64,000 nt of DNA from Octopus sinensis (taxonomy: Eukaryota): NCBI RefSeq assembly GCF_006345805.1, contig NC_043006.1, positions 102,858,001-102,922,000 of the forward strand, in the 5' to 3' direction. The stretch's first letter is position 1; the number at the start of each line of letters is the position of its first letter. Of the stretch, positions 27,333 through 39,826 are shown one piece after another. The position numbers and the translations under genes are program-made. The notes beneath the pieces were generated by a model. That model saw only the letters and a list, made by a program, of their open reading frames with translations. It searched no databases and was not told the DNA's origin.

Positions 27333-27576
27333 AATAATAATAATAATATTAGGGAGTATAACTCCAAACTTACAGGGAAAAATTCAATTTAGTATTAAAT
27401 CAAATTTTCCAGTATAAATATATAAAATATAAATTAGAGATAAAACCACTATTAGGCAACTCAAACAGTGATAGACATAAACCAAAACATAAATAACAAA
27501 TACTATATATTTTTATAAAACATACAACTTATAACTAGATCTCAAAAAGTATAAAAATGAATATATAAGTAAAAAA

Positions 27577-27676
27577 AACTACATACGTTTCATGGCTACA
27601 ATTAAATTCGAATTACAATTAAGTTTAAATTCAATTGAAATATATTCGATTTAAAATTATAGTCAATCTTCAGGTT
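27577..27676 (-). ncRNA. Type-I hammerhead-like motif with long AU-rich stem II
   Basis: AAC CUGAAGA U UGACUAUA...UGUAGCCA U GAAA C-GUAU-G UA GUU; U.U at 10.1-11.1; lies in a PLE-like terminal fragment (27349-27700). Confidence 0.55.
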
Positions 27677-27812
27677 AATGATAATAGTTAAATGAATAAG
27701 CAAATATATAAATATGTGTGTGTACATACATTATATATATATATATTTATTTAGTCATATATATATATATATATACACGCGCGCACACACACACACATAT
27801 ATATATATACGC

Positions 27813-27845
<33 letters not shown>

Positions 27846-27956
27846 ATATCACGTGATCACGTGATCGACCACACGGAGCCCATAGCGATAATGGGCTCCG
27901 TGTGGGCAGTCATCTAAAAGTTTTTGTGCATCTTGATGCTGACATAAGTTCCTTGT

Positions 27957-28039
27957 TTTTCCTGATGAGAAGGCGGCATAATGCACCCCTTATTCCTTCG
28001 AAATTAGGAATATGCAGTCTTCGAAACATATGTCGAAAA
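27957..28039 (+). ncRNA. Canonical minimal type-I hammerhead ribozyme
   Basis: UUUUC CUGAUGA GAAGGC..GUCUUC GAAA C-AUAU-G UC GAAAA: all core nucleotides, G10.1-C11.1, 5-bp stem I, palindromic ACAUAUGU stem III, GUC site. Confidence 0.8.
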
Positions 28040-28247
28040 TAAAGGAATTTTGTTAATTCGTCGTTCAACTCCATTCTTTCATTTATTTGTATTTAAAAAA
28101 AACACACAAATTTCCACACGAAAGCACGTGATCTCTGCCCTAGGCATGTAGCTTCAACCGTGTTTTTCTGACGTGAATTTGCTACCCAGGTATCGGTTAA
28201 CCGAATTATCCATAATAAGATAATTCATTCAACTACTCAAATATTTA

Positions 28248-28323
<76 letters not shown>

Positions 28324-28499
28324 TGTGCATATATATTTACACACATGCAGTATTGATGGTGATTTCATTGCGTCTGTAATTCAAAGACTTCAGATTAGTC
28401 CCAGAAATAAACCTGATTGATGGTTGACTTTCTACTGACCAATTCTTAACGAATACTAGCTAGCTCTCAATGGAGATATTAGTATTTGAAGCTAGATAG

Positions 28500-29280
28500 T
28501 TCTTACAGAAGGAAAAGTGATCACTAAAACCATGAGAATCCATACATTAAAGTGCTGTTGGCCAATGGCATTCCAGAATTCAATGCATAATATATATACA
28601 GCCTGTTTACATGTACACTTTCAAAAGCATTTTGAAAATAATAACATCCCAAAATTCCTGATACACAAGAAAACAGAGCTGCAGGAACAAAAAACAAAAA
28701 CAAAAACAATAAGAAGTGATAACCGATGAAAACTTTGTGGAGTTAACGCCGAAGAAAGCACCACATCATAAGCTGTCTTTTGAAAACGTCAATGTGATAT
28801 GATATTGTGGTCAAGACATTGTCTAATGAGATCAGTCGGAGACCAAAGATATAAGGGCTTATAGAAATGTAGAGGTTATAACCACTCGTGATATGAAAGA
28901 ATACATGTGAAATGTCAATGTGAAAACCCCAATAAAAGGCAAACATAATAGACCGAACATACTGATTTGGGGCAGAGAAGAGAAACTATGCACCGTAGTA
29001 GAAATTTGGTATTCTGAGGATGTCAATATAAAGTTAAAAATCACTGTAAAAGAAAACACCTACGCTGATCTGTTGAGAAAGTTACAGCAACTCCACTCGG
29101 ATTGCAAGGTCAGATTTATACATATTAATATTCGGGAACTAGTATATGCAACTGCCTCGGCTCCAATCTTGGCAAGTTAGGGTTATTAAAACCGTAAAGG
29201 CGAAAGCTAATTAGATTAAAGTTACATGTCATCAATGAAATTGTTAAAATATATAAAACTTTCCAAAAGTGTAGCATATA
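28500..29280 (+). mobile_element. REL-endonuclease LINE C-terminal relic (R4/HERO-like)
   Basis: HHIISC..YDIVVKTLSNEI and KHNRPNILIW..CTVVEI..KENTYADLLRKLQ (RH / PD..E..K region). Confidence 0.7.
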
Positions 29281-30249
29281 AATACAGGAACACACGTCTA
29301 GATTTGTAACTATATACATGAGTTGATGATGAAATTCCAATCAAGGAACTTCGAATCTAGGTTAGAAACAGGATCTTGCTCCATTGGTAATAAATTTAGA
29401 AATTAAACTAGACTAATAACTTACATTTACACACAAGCACATACATTTGCATACATATGCATGCATATACACACAAGCACATACACAAACACGTACAGGC
29501 AAATATAGGCTTTAACTACCAATGTAGTTAAGGATATACACAATAGTACTTAATGAGACAGCACTTCATTGACCAACCGGGTATAGAGGATATCAGTACA
29601 GAAAGAGAGGAGAAAGAGAAAAAGATGTAGTGAACGCTCAATGACAGCCAATGTCTGCCAAGACGATCACGCAATCTATATATAGATTCCATAGATGTTA
29701 ACAAAATTGATAATATTTTATCAGATATCACAGTGTTGTGTGTGTCCCTTGAATGACTGTGTTGTTGAGCATTTAAGGTACTTCATTCTCTGAAGAAAGT
29801 AGCTTAAATCGCATTATATTACAATAAACCACGCATAACACAACGATATAATTTCAAGTTCTATTGTAGTGTGTATTGTGCTGCACTATTTGCCATAGTA
29901 TAATCATTATTCTTACCTGTCCATTACGACTAGTATTAGTTCCGATCATGTGGTGTAATCCTGGTGGATAATTCTTATATGGGAGACAATCACTTCTAGA
30001 TTAAGTTAAGGTGAAAATTGGAATTTAAATGGTGTAAAAAATGTTGGCAGAGTATACAAAATTGATATTTTTCTACACATTCTTTTTTCAATAGCTTATG
30101 GTTTTAATAAAAAATGGACCCACGCGAATCACCTATCAAATTTTCTAGTTCGCGATCTTCAAAACACGCACACACACACACACACACACACATACACACA
30201 CACACATACACACACACACACAAACATATTTTCGTTCATCTCATAAATA

Positions 30250-31330
30250 ATGCGGTTTTTTATACTTTTATTTTTCAAAATTAAGGGTAAGTTCTTTTTT
30301 AAATCTAAAATATACTCCCCTTCATTTCCTACAATGCTCTTCCATTCTATCTGGTAGACTTGCAAGGCCCCTCTTCCAAAATTCACTTGTGTGTGACAAA
30401 AAATACTCCTCCAGTACTGTTCTGACCTCGTCTAAAAAATTCATATTTTTTCCTTCCAAATGCTTTTGAAAACTGCAGAATAAATGATAATAAGTTGTGA
30501 CGATGTCCGGCAAATATGGGAGGTGGGGCATCGTTTCCCATTCAAACTGCTCCAGCTTTCGGAATGTCATCCTTGCTGTATGTGACCGAGCATATTATCC
30601 TGCTGGAAGAACACCTTTCGTCTAGAAACCGAAGATGGCCGTTTTTCTTCTAGCGCTGACTCGAGCCGCTCGAGCTGCTCGTAGTAGAAATCCTTTGTTA
30701 TCGTTCAAAGTTCAAAGTGGCTTAAACCTTTCATATTCCACCTTATGTGGGTGAAGACCTTCTTTAGCCTGGGGTGCCGGTGTTTCTCTTCTCTCTACTC
30801 ACTGTCTTCGTCACCAGCCACTATTCGATTAGAAAAGGGTCATTCGTGAGACATGACTGTAAAGAAGAGCTTACATTCACTCTTTGCGCGTGATTAGACT
30901 CGGAACGTTTGTGAGGAACCCATTAATCTAATATGCTGGCATTTTCCGATGGCACGCAGGGATCGATGAATGGTTGAATGACCAAATCGAAGCTTTTCTG
31001 CTAGTTACTCAACAGTTACAATGGGATTTTGCTCCACCAGGGTTTGCAGAACGTCCTCGTCAAGCTCTACAGATCTTCAAGGACGAGGCTCGTCTTCTAT
31101 GTTGTAGTTTCCGGCTCGGAATATCTGAAACTACTGTTGACATTGGCTTACGCTTATTGTCCGATCCCTATATACTGCATTAATATTTCTCGCACTTTGC
31201 TTTGCGTTTTTGCCTTTATTGAACTTAGTAAAATATGCCGAATATACCTCTTTATAATTTCCATTATAGCTTTGAAAAAATAACAATTAAAATCGAACTG
31301 CACCCTTCAAAACTGGCACTAAGAATAAGT
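30250..31330 (-). mobile_element. Dead mariner transposon
   Basis: YIRHILL..FNKGKNAKQSARNINAVY, WVPHK, IVAGDE, FFQQDN, PHLPYLPDIVTTYYHLF. Confidence 0.9.
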
Positions 31331-31591
31331 ACAAGGTAAAGTTACTACCTGCTTTTATAGCAAATTGATGCAGGTAGTTTATCCCGTCCCCGCTCCGACT
31401 TTTAGTTCATGCAATTCACAAAACCGCATTATTTATGAAATGGCCCAATATATGTATGTATGCATACACACAAACAAACGTACTTGTATACGCGTACATA
31501 AAGCGCAAGTAGAAAGACAGACATATACACACGCAAACTTGTATACATATACTTAAACACACATATATGCACATTTATATTTATACTTATA

Positions 31592-31649
<58 letters not shown>

Positions 31650-31799
31650 ATATGTATATATATATATAAACACACAGATATATGTATGTATATGTATACA
31701 CGCACACGCACCCACACACTTACACATATGTACGTATGTATTTGTATATGAAACCATTTATATCAGTAAGGAAAAGTCCTTAATACATAAAGTAGTAAA

Positions 31800-32192
31800 G
31801 CAGGAGTGGCTGTGTGGTAAGTAGTTTGCTAACCAACCACATGGTTCCGGGTTCAGTCCCACTGCGTGGCATCTTGGGCAAGTGTCTTCTGCTATAGCCC
31901 CAGGCCGACCAATGCCTTGTGAGTGGATTTGGTAGACGGAAACTGAAGGAAGCCTGTCGTATATATGTATATATATGTGTGTGTGTGTTTGTGTGTCTGT
32001 GTTTGTCCCTCTAGCATTGCTTGACAGCCGATGCTGGTGTGTTTACGTCCCCGTCACTTAGCGGTTCGGCAAAAGAGACCGATAGAATAAGTACTGGGCT
32101 TACAAAGAATAAGTCCCGGGGTCGATTTGCTCGACTAAAGGCGGTGCTCCAGCATGGCCGCAGTCAAATGACTGAAACAAGTAAAGAGAGAG
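31800..32192 (+). mobile_element. tRNA-derived SINE family C, full length (CORE-like centre)
   Basis: A-box GTGGCTGTGTGGT, B-box GGTTCAGTCCC, TTGGGCAAGTGTCTTC centre, internal (TA/TG)n; at least 6 other copies in the window. Confidence 0.9.
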
Positions 32193-32867
32193 TAAATCAA
32201 TAATAAACAGCAATGAAAGAGACCCAACGTTTCACACTGTAGTTACTCCGAGTTTCTTAATCAAGCTGTTTTGACACAACTAAGGGAGTTTATTACAATA
32301 CATAGGCTTATATAGGTATTATAGTTTTGCTCAGTAGAAATTTTGGGTTTTAAGATTAAATCGAATTATAATATACCAAATATTTAAATATTATATAACG
32401 CTATATAAAGAAAGTGGTGAGAAAGGTAAAACGAAGTTGGTGTCTGAAACGAAGAGGAGGTTGCAGAAGAGGAAATTATGTAGAGAATTAATCATTATAT
32501 TGTAATTTTTGTGAACATGATAGCATTAAGTAGAATATATTCTTTTTTATTCTTATATTTGATTCGGTCATTAGACCACAGTCGTATACGATATCTTTAT
32601 ATATGTGTACTTTTATGAGAGAAATTTAAACGAGGAAAACACACAAAGAAGTCATTGAAAGTACGAGTAAATGTATTAAAGTTGAAGAGTAAAAAAAACA
32701 GTCACATGACTGTATCTGTCCGAGGAAGAAAGAGGGAAAGTTTCATAACAATCTAAAGAAAAGGAAGGAAACATATAACATACATAGATACATAGATATA
32801 TACATACATACATACATACATACATACACATATATACATATATATATATATACATATATATATAGAT

Positions 32868-32946
<79 letters not shown>

Positions 32947-33869
32947 AGTCTGAAGAGAACAGTTGATCGGCATTTCAATAAATATCCAATAGCCAAAAGC
33001 AGAAACGAGCTCCGTTTTCTAATTATGAGCAATAAAGAAAAAAAAAGTAAGAGAAGAGAAGTCAGTTTATCAATAGTATGCAGTTCCATGTCTTTGAACA
33101 ACGGTTTATATAAACTTTTGATATATATCTTTGAACTACAGCCTGATCAGACATCTTGTTTTAAGGGTAGTTAATACACAAAAACTGACACAAAGATGTG
33201 ATTAAGAAGATAGAAAAATACTCATAGAATAATTAGAGTATTTCAAAGAATCTCTAAAAGGATCGAAGTAGTTCAAAGAAATTCCAGTTATAACATTGAT
33301 ATTCAGTTATATAATATTCAGCTTGAAAAGTAAATAGTACTTTTCAAAATAAACTTTTTTAGGTGACGACATTTTGCAATAAGCTCTGTTCTATAATTCA
33401 ACAAGTGAAAAAGAAACATTAAAATGAATAGTCTCTGAAGCATCTGAAAGTAATACGGTCCAGATCATTCAACCCCCAGTCTCCAAACATGTTTTAAAAG
33501 GCATGTGATTTCTTTGACTAAAACTCAACAGAGGCATCTTAAGATTTAGGACAAAGCAATTGTCCTGTGCAAGAGAGATTATTCAATGATTTTAAAAGAG
33601 TGTTCTGAGATAATGATAAACCATCAAATTCACTCTTGTATTTTCTCATTTTCACTTGAACTCATGTCAAGAATATTTTAACAAGATACAAAAACGCATT
33701 AAAACATTTTGAAAGCACAAAAACTTTGTGCCCGTTATAATTCGGAATAACAAAGTTTCTTGAACATCAACGTTTCTATATCTTCAGGTCCTTTGTTCTG
33801 TGAGATGTAGTTGATGTTGGTGTACGTTACTACCATTCTATAGTTGATAGAGCAAGAGGTTAGACTTAG

Positions 33870-34200
33870 ATTTAGGTAGTCTGCCTTGAGCTCCAGGAGT
33901 CATAACGCTGGAGCTTAATCTAGTTTCCATGAGGTATAAGTGACTGAAATTACATCACCTTCTCCAGAATGGGACGCTGGCCCTTCGGAAGGCTAACTTC
34001 CCAGATAATTTTGCAACTCATTTTACAGCCGAGGAGACTGGAACAACGTGAAATGAAATTTTTGCTCAACGATATAACGCACCGCCTTGTACAGGAACCG
34101 AAACCGTGATCGTAAGATCATGGTTATAACATCCTGATCTCCAGGCCAAACGCCTATTATCAGCAGATTTAAACCTTTGACTGTTGTTTCCAGTTTTGTT
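33870..34200 (-). mobile_element. Degenerate SINE with CORE-like and Deu/Nin-like domains
   Basis: Reverse complement has TTGAGCAA..TTTCACGTTGTTCCAGTC and CCAGCGTCCCATTC..GGAAAC..AAGCTCC. Confidence 0.55.
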
Positions 34201-34379
34201 TCGTAACTCAAGGTTGGGGGAATGTTTGTTCGCGATAAGTCTACATGACATGTGTCTTCATTTCTGCATTATGACGTGCTGTTAATATCGGTCTCATAAA
34301 TAATCGTCTAGTTTTGTGAGGACATCTACCGTATAAGATAGATATGATATCTATGAAATTTTGCTTAATTTTGATTAGT

Positions 34380-36360
34380 ATAGTACGTCGCAAGTGTTCA
34401 TCATTTTAAATGTACAGCATCTTGTAAAAATAATATCATAATCGTCGTAGTTCTTATAACAGCTACAATCGCAAGATTTACATTTAACAAAGTTAATAGT
34501 TTCCACCGTCTTTGTTGAATACTCTGTTACTCTGCCTCTCAACCTTGATGGTTCTAAGAGTAAATATTCCCAAAGGGAAAGCTTTCACGTTTACTGTTCC
34601 CTTTTATTCCACACCCTCGGCGAATCTACAAAGCAATCACCTTCCAGCTCATGTGGTTGATCATCAAAACTATTGGCAATAAAATTCTCGAATCCTGTAA
34701 ATCTCTCTCGCCCTCTCTTTATCTATTCTTAAAGACGATCGTCACGATTTTCAGTAAGGTAAAACAACCAGAAACCTAAAATTCTGTAACAAACCAATTG
34801 GATTTTGCCCTTCTTAGCAGTCATAATTGTAAGTGATACCAATTGATATCCACGGTTCACAGTCATGCGGATTGCTATTGAGAGAAAGGGTTTTAATTGT
34901 AGTGATGCCTCTACTGATGTTCTATTGCCGCATGGACATTCGTTGACCCCATCTGAGAACCGTCATTTATGGAGTCCTTGTTGTAAACAGATGTGATCGA
35001 TCTATTTTAATTCAATTCCATGTTATATCAAGAAATGGAATTATTTAAATTACTCTAGGGCAATAAATGTTTTGGACAACGTTGTTTTGTAGGTTCTCTA
35101 TTATCTTCTTGAAAACGTCACTATGTGTTTATGATGACAAAAATATCTTGAACAAACCTGATCATATCGTATCATTATGGTTTGGCATTATTTTGTTTTC
35201 TGTTGCAACTATATAGGATGCTTCAAATACGAGTCCTAATAGAGAATCCATTATTACTCCATCTTTTTCGTATATAACCTGAAAGTTATCGTAATACTAA
35301 AGGAAAACTTTCGGTTATACCACGCACTTCTAGACCAGTTCTTATAGTGGATAGTTTAAATAGTCAATGTTCTACAAGTTGTATAATGTAGTGAGGAACT
35401 TCGTAAAGAAGCTGTTTATATCTAAGGCGAAGACTTTGGTTATCTTTGTTAATTTCTTGAGGAACGCAACAAATAAATGTATTCTTTATCTCTTTCCAGT
35501 GTGAACTGTTTAATAACATTATCCGTTTAGCGATCTTGTGCATTGGTATATTTATTTGGGAAACTATTTTCCGGAGAGGATCGTTCTATGTTGTATACTG
35601 TTACTCTTCCATAAATATACGTTGGGGTATATTCTCTTACAATGTGGATGAATGGTGTTGAAGGGTATTTGTACGTTTGCTGCATCAATCAAGTTAATAT
35701 ATCTAGTTTTTAATAGGATAGTCATGTCTTCGTGAATCTTTATAAATGCCTTGTTATCATCGAGGGGATTGGTAAATTTTGTAGTGTATTCGTTTTTATC
35801 CATAATCACAAATATCTGTACTTGTCACTTTGACATATTACGTTATATATAGTTTAGAACTTGCTTAAGTTTCATGCAAAGTACTTATATTACTGTTTAT
35901 ATATCTTTGTTTATTGCTTTCGCATCGGAGTAATTCTTGAAGTATGTTATCTAGTTTTTTTTTTGTAATGGTATTATTTCTAGGGATTGGTAGAATAGCT
36001 TCAGGTCACTTTTTTTTTCCGGTTTGGTAATATTTTTGTTGTATGAAGAAGGTGTTAGTCTCAAGACTAAGTTGAAGAGAGCTGAACAGAGCAGGGCTGA
36101 GCACGTGCTGTGAGGGGTTATGGAATATCTTCCTGTGTGGGGAGAGCAAAATTTTGTTTCAGTCAGAAGATATGGCAATGCTGGAGTATTGTGGGCTTCC
36201 TGGCAATCCGTTATACGGCTTGTTGATTGTTCCTCAGATAATACGTACCGACCTTCCTTCCTCAATAAGAATGTAAACCCATCCCTTCTTTGCCAGAAGG
36301 ACGGAGTCTCCTGACAGGACAGCTTATAGTTCGTTGACTACTCTTCAGATGTCTTGACTA
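34380..36360 (-). pseudogene. Old Penelope-like element (pre-RT, RT, GIY-YIG), heavily mutated
   Basis: NITKPEKKSDLKL, IMDKNEY, LRKIVSQINIPMHKIAK, ALDINSFFTK, KDGVIMDSLLG, RFVQDIFVII, PFLDI and KCKSCDC in order; hammerhead relic at 36313-36353. Confidence 0.75.
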
Positions 36361-36469
36361 CTTATAGAGATATATTTAATTGAAAGGTTTCTAATTTGCG
36401 CATATACCCAGAATTATTTCGCACTTATCTTTTCTATTCATATGTGGGTATTCTTTTGTTCTTATATTC

Positions 36470-36850
36470 TTTTACTTGTGTCAGTCATTTCACTTCGGCC
36501 ATGCTGGAGCAACCCCCGCCTTAAAGGGTTTTAGTCGAATAAATCGACCCCAGGACTAATATTTTTTGTAAGCCTAGCTCTTATTCTATCAATATCTTTT
36601 GCCGAACCATCACGTTACGGGGACACAAGCACACCGACGCCGGTTGTCAAGTGGTGGTAGGAGGATAAACATAGATACAAAAACACACACACATACATAC
36701 AAGAGCTTCTTTCAGTTTCGTTTACCAAATCCACTCACAAGGCTTTGGTCGGCCCGGGGCTATAGTAGAAGATGAAGGCGAAACGCAGTGGGACTGAACC
36801 CGGAATCATGTGATTGGGAAACAAGCTTACTACACAGCTACCCCTGCGCC
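36470..36850 (-). mobile_element. SINE family C
   Basis: Reverse complement of 31800-32192. Confidence 0.85.
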
Positions 36851-36944
36851 TACATATAATTATGTTCCAAAGATCAGTCTGTTGCCACGTCAGGGGAGCT
36901 GAATTATGACATGAGAATTCACATCTCATGAACTTATTCGACTT

Positions 36945-38250
36945 CAATAATATTCTTTTCTATTCAAGGCACAAGACCCAACATTTTGGGGGAGTGGGGC
37001 TACTCGATTGGATGGACCCCAGTACGCAACTGGTACTTAATTTATCGACCCCGAAAGAATGAAAGGCAAAGTCGACCTCTGCGGAAAGACAGACGAAATA
37101 CCTATTTCTTTACTACCCACAAGGGGATAAACACAGAGAGGACAAACAAGGACAGACAAATGGTTTAAGTCGATTATATCGACCCTAGTGCGTAACTGGT
37201 ACTTATTTAATCGACCCCGAAAGGATGAATGGCAAAGTCGACCTCGGTGGAATTTGAACTCAGAACGTAACGGCAGACGAAATACCTATTTTTTTACCAC
37301 CCACAAGGGGCTAAACACAGAGAGGACAAACAACGACAGACAAATGGTTGAAGTCGATTATATCGATCCCAGTGCGTAACTGATACTTATTTTATCGACC
37401 CCGAAAGGATGAAAGTCAAAGTCGACCTCGGCGGAATTTGAACTCGGAACGTAAAGGCAGACGAAATACCTATTTCTTTACCACCCACAAAGGGCTAAAC
37501 ATAAAGGGGACAAATAAGGACAGACAAACGGATTAAATTCGATTACATCGATCCCAGTGCGTAACTGGTACTTATTTAATCGACCCCGAAAGGATGAAAG
37601 TCAAAGTCGACCTCGGCGGAATTTGAACTCGGAACGTCGCGGAAGACGAATACCTATTTCTTTATTAAACAAAAAGGGCTAAACACAGAGAGGATAAACA
37701 AGGACAGACAAACGATTAAATTCGATTATATCGATCCAGTGCGTAACTGATACTTATTTTATCGACCCCGAAAGGATGAAAGTCAAAGTCGACCTCGGCG
37801 GAATTTGAACTCGGAACGTAAAGGCAGACGAAATACCTATTTCTTTACCACCCACAAAGGGCTAAACATAAAGGGGACAAATAAGGACAGACAAACGGAT
37901 TAAATTCGATTACATCGATCCCAGTGCGTAACTGGTACTTATTTAATCGACCCCGAAAGGATGAAAGTCAAAGTCGACCTCGGCGGAATTTGAACTCGGA
38001 ACGTCGCGGAAGACGAAATACCTATTTCTTTATTAAACAAAAAGGGCTAAACACAGAGAGGATAAACAAGGACAGACAAACGATTAAATTCGATTATATC
38101 GATCCCAGTGCGTAACTGGTACTTATTTAATCGACCCCGAAAGGATGAAAGGCAAAGTTGACCTCGGCGGGATTTGAACTCAGAACGTAACGGCAGACGA
38201 AATACCGCGAAGCATTTCGCCCGGCGTGCTAACGTTTCTACCAACTCATC
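36945..38250 (-). repeat. SINE-A-derived tandem satellite, 7 cores, about 184-bp period
   Basis: CCAGTGCGTAACT marker near 37017, 37185, 37368, 37553, 37735, 37920 and 38104; SINE 3' end on the left, tRNA head on the right. Confidence 0.9.
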
Positions 38251-38928
38251 CATCATTACTCATAGGACAATCATAATTTTCTGTGCTCTCTTTTCAATGA
38301 CAATTCGGATATCTGAAGATATGAACTAACCTATTTAAGAAGCAATAGATATTCGAGTGCTATCATAAGGCCGACCCTTGGGCCACTGACTTCCATGTAT
38401 TTACCAAAAATTGTATACTATGCTATTTCTATTTCCCGTTTCTTCATATTAATATATCATCTTCATAAACTGTGCGATATTATGTTTTTAATTGCGTGTT
38501 CGATCAGGCAAAATTCTCATGTAAGTGCCAAAATCTGCAAACGACAAGACAATATTTTTTACTGTTTAGAAACATCTATAAATAGCTATCAAAATTGTTT
38601 TTTACTGAATAGCAGCTAGTCGGCTTGCATGCAATGCCCATACACAAACAAGCATTTATATATTCACATAGAGATAAACACTTTATATATATATATATAT
38701 ATATGCATTTCTGTGTTTATAAGCATACGTATACGGAAGCCAAATACGGATATGTACATAGATTGTAGTAGATTTTATTGTTAATCCTCAAGTGAATATA
38801 TATTTGATACGGAATAGTAATTGCATTTATATGCGAGCGTGTTACTGTGTGTGCGATGAGTGTGAACGTGAGTGTATCTGCACATTTGTGTTTGGACTTT
38901 TACATACATATTTACAGCCAGAAGGTCG

Positions 38929-38989
<61 letters not shown>

Positions 38990-39078
38990 GTCTGTCTGTC
39001 GTGTCACTGCCCCTCTCCCATCCTCTCCCTCCATATATATGTGTGTGTATGAGAGTGTGTGGTATATATATATATGTG

Positions 39079-39178
<100 letters not shown>

Positions 39179-39259
39179 GGTCCCGGGTTGACTCGGGGTT
39201 AACCACAGTAAATAAGGTACTCAATACATAGCAGAGTAAATTAATTTATTTTATAGAAG

Positions 39260-39312
39260 GAGCTTCTACAGGACTAGAACTGTTTCATTCAAAAGAAATC
39301 ATCAGGAAGCTC
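39260..39312 (-). ncRNA. Type-I hammerhead-like motif within a palindrome
   Basis: GAGCUUC CUGAUGA U-UUC-UUUU-GAA-U GAAA CAG-UUCUAGUC-CUG UA GAAGCUC; 7-bp stem I; U.U at 10.1-11.1. Confidence 0.65.
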
Positions 39313-39382
39313 TAATGCTCCTGATGATTTCTTTTGAATGAAACAGTTCTAGTCATGTAGAAGCTCCTTCTATAAATAAAAA

Positions 39383-39437
<55 letters not shown>

Positions 39438-39469
39438 ATATATATAATATATATATATCTTTTATTCTT

Positions 39470-39610
39470 TTCGAGCAAATCAGCCCCAGGACTTATTCTT
39501 TGCAAGCATAGTACTTATTCTATCGTTATCTTTTGCCGAACCGCTACGTTACAGGGACGCAAAAGCGCCAGTATCTGTTGTCAAGCAATGTTGGGGGGAC
39601 AAACATATAC
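39470..39610 (-). mobile_element. SINE family C, 3' fragment
   Basis: TTTTGCCGAACCGCT and GACTTATTCTTTG shared with other copies. Confidence 0.75.
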
Positions 39611-39777
39611 ATGCATACATATTATACACGCACACACATATATATGTAAATATATATTTGTATATATATATGTATATATATATGTATATATATATATATA
39701 CATATACATATTTACATGTGTCAGAGGTAAATATTGATGTACATACATACATACATATATACATACATATATATATA

Positions 39778-39826
<49 letters not shown>

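Noticed and set aside
32950-33780. Possible hAT/Charlie transposase relic
   Set aside because: No motif could be recovered convincingly in any frame.
36313-36353. Hammerhead relic at the 5' end of the old PLE
   Set aside because: A15.1 is missing (GAAC) and stem II is reduced to one pair; used only as support for the element boundary.
36945-38250. CRISPR-like repeat/spacer appearance
   Set aside because: Units are about 184 bp, the spacers are homologous to each other, the repeat is a SINE body, there are no cas genes, and the context is eukaryotic.
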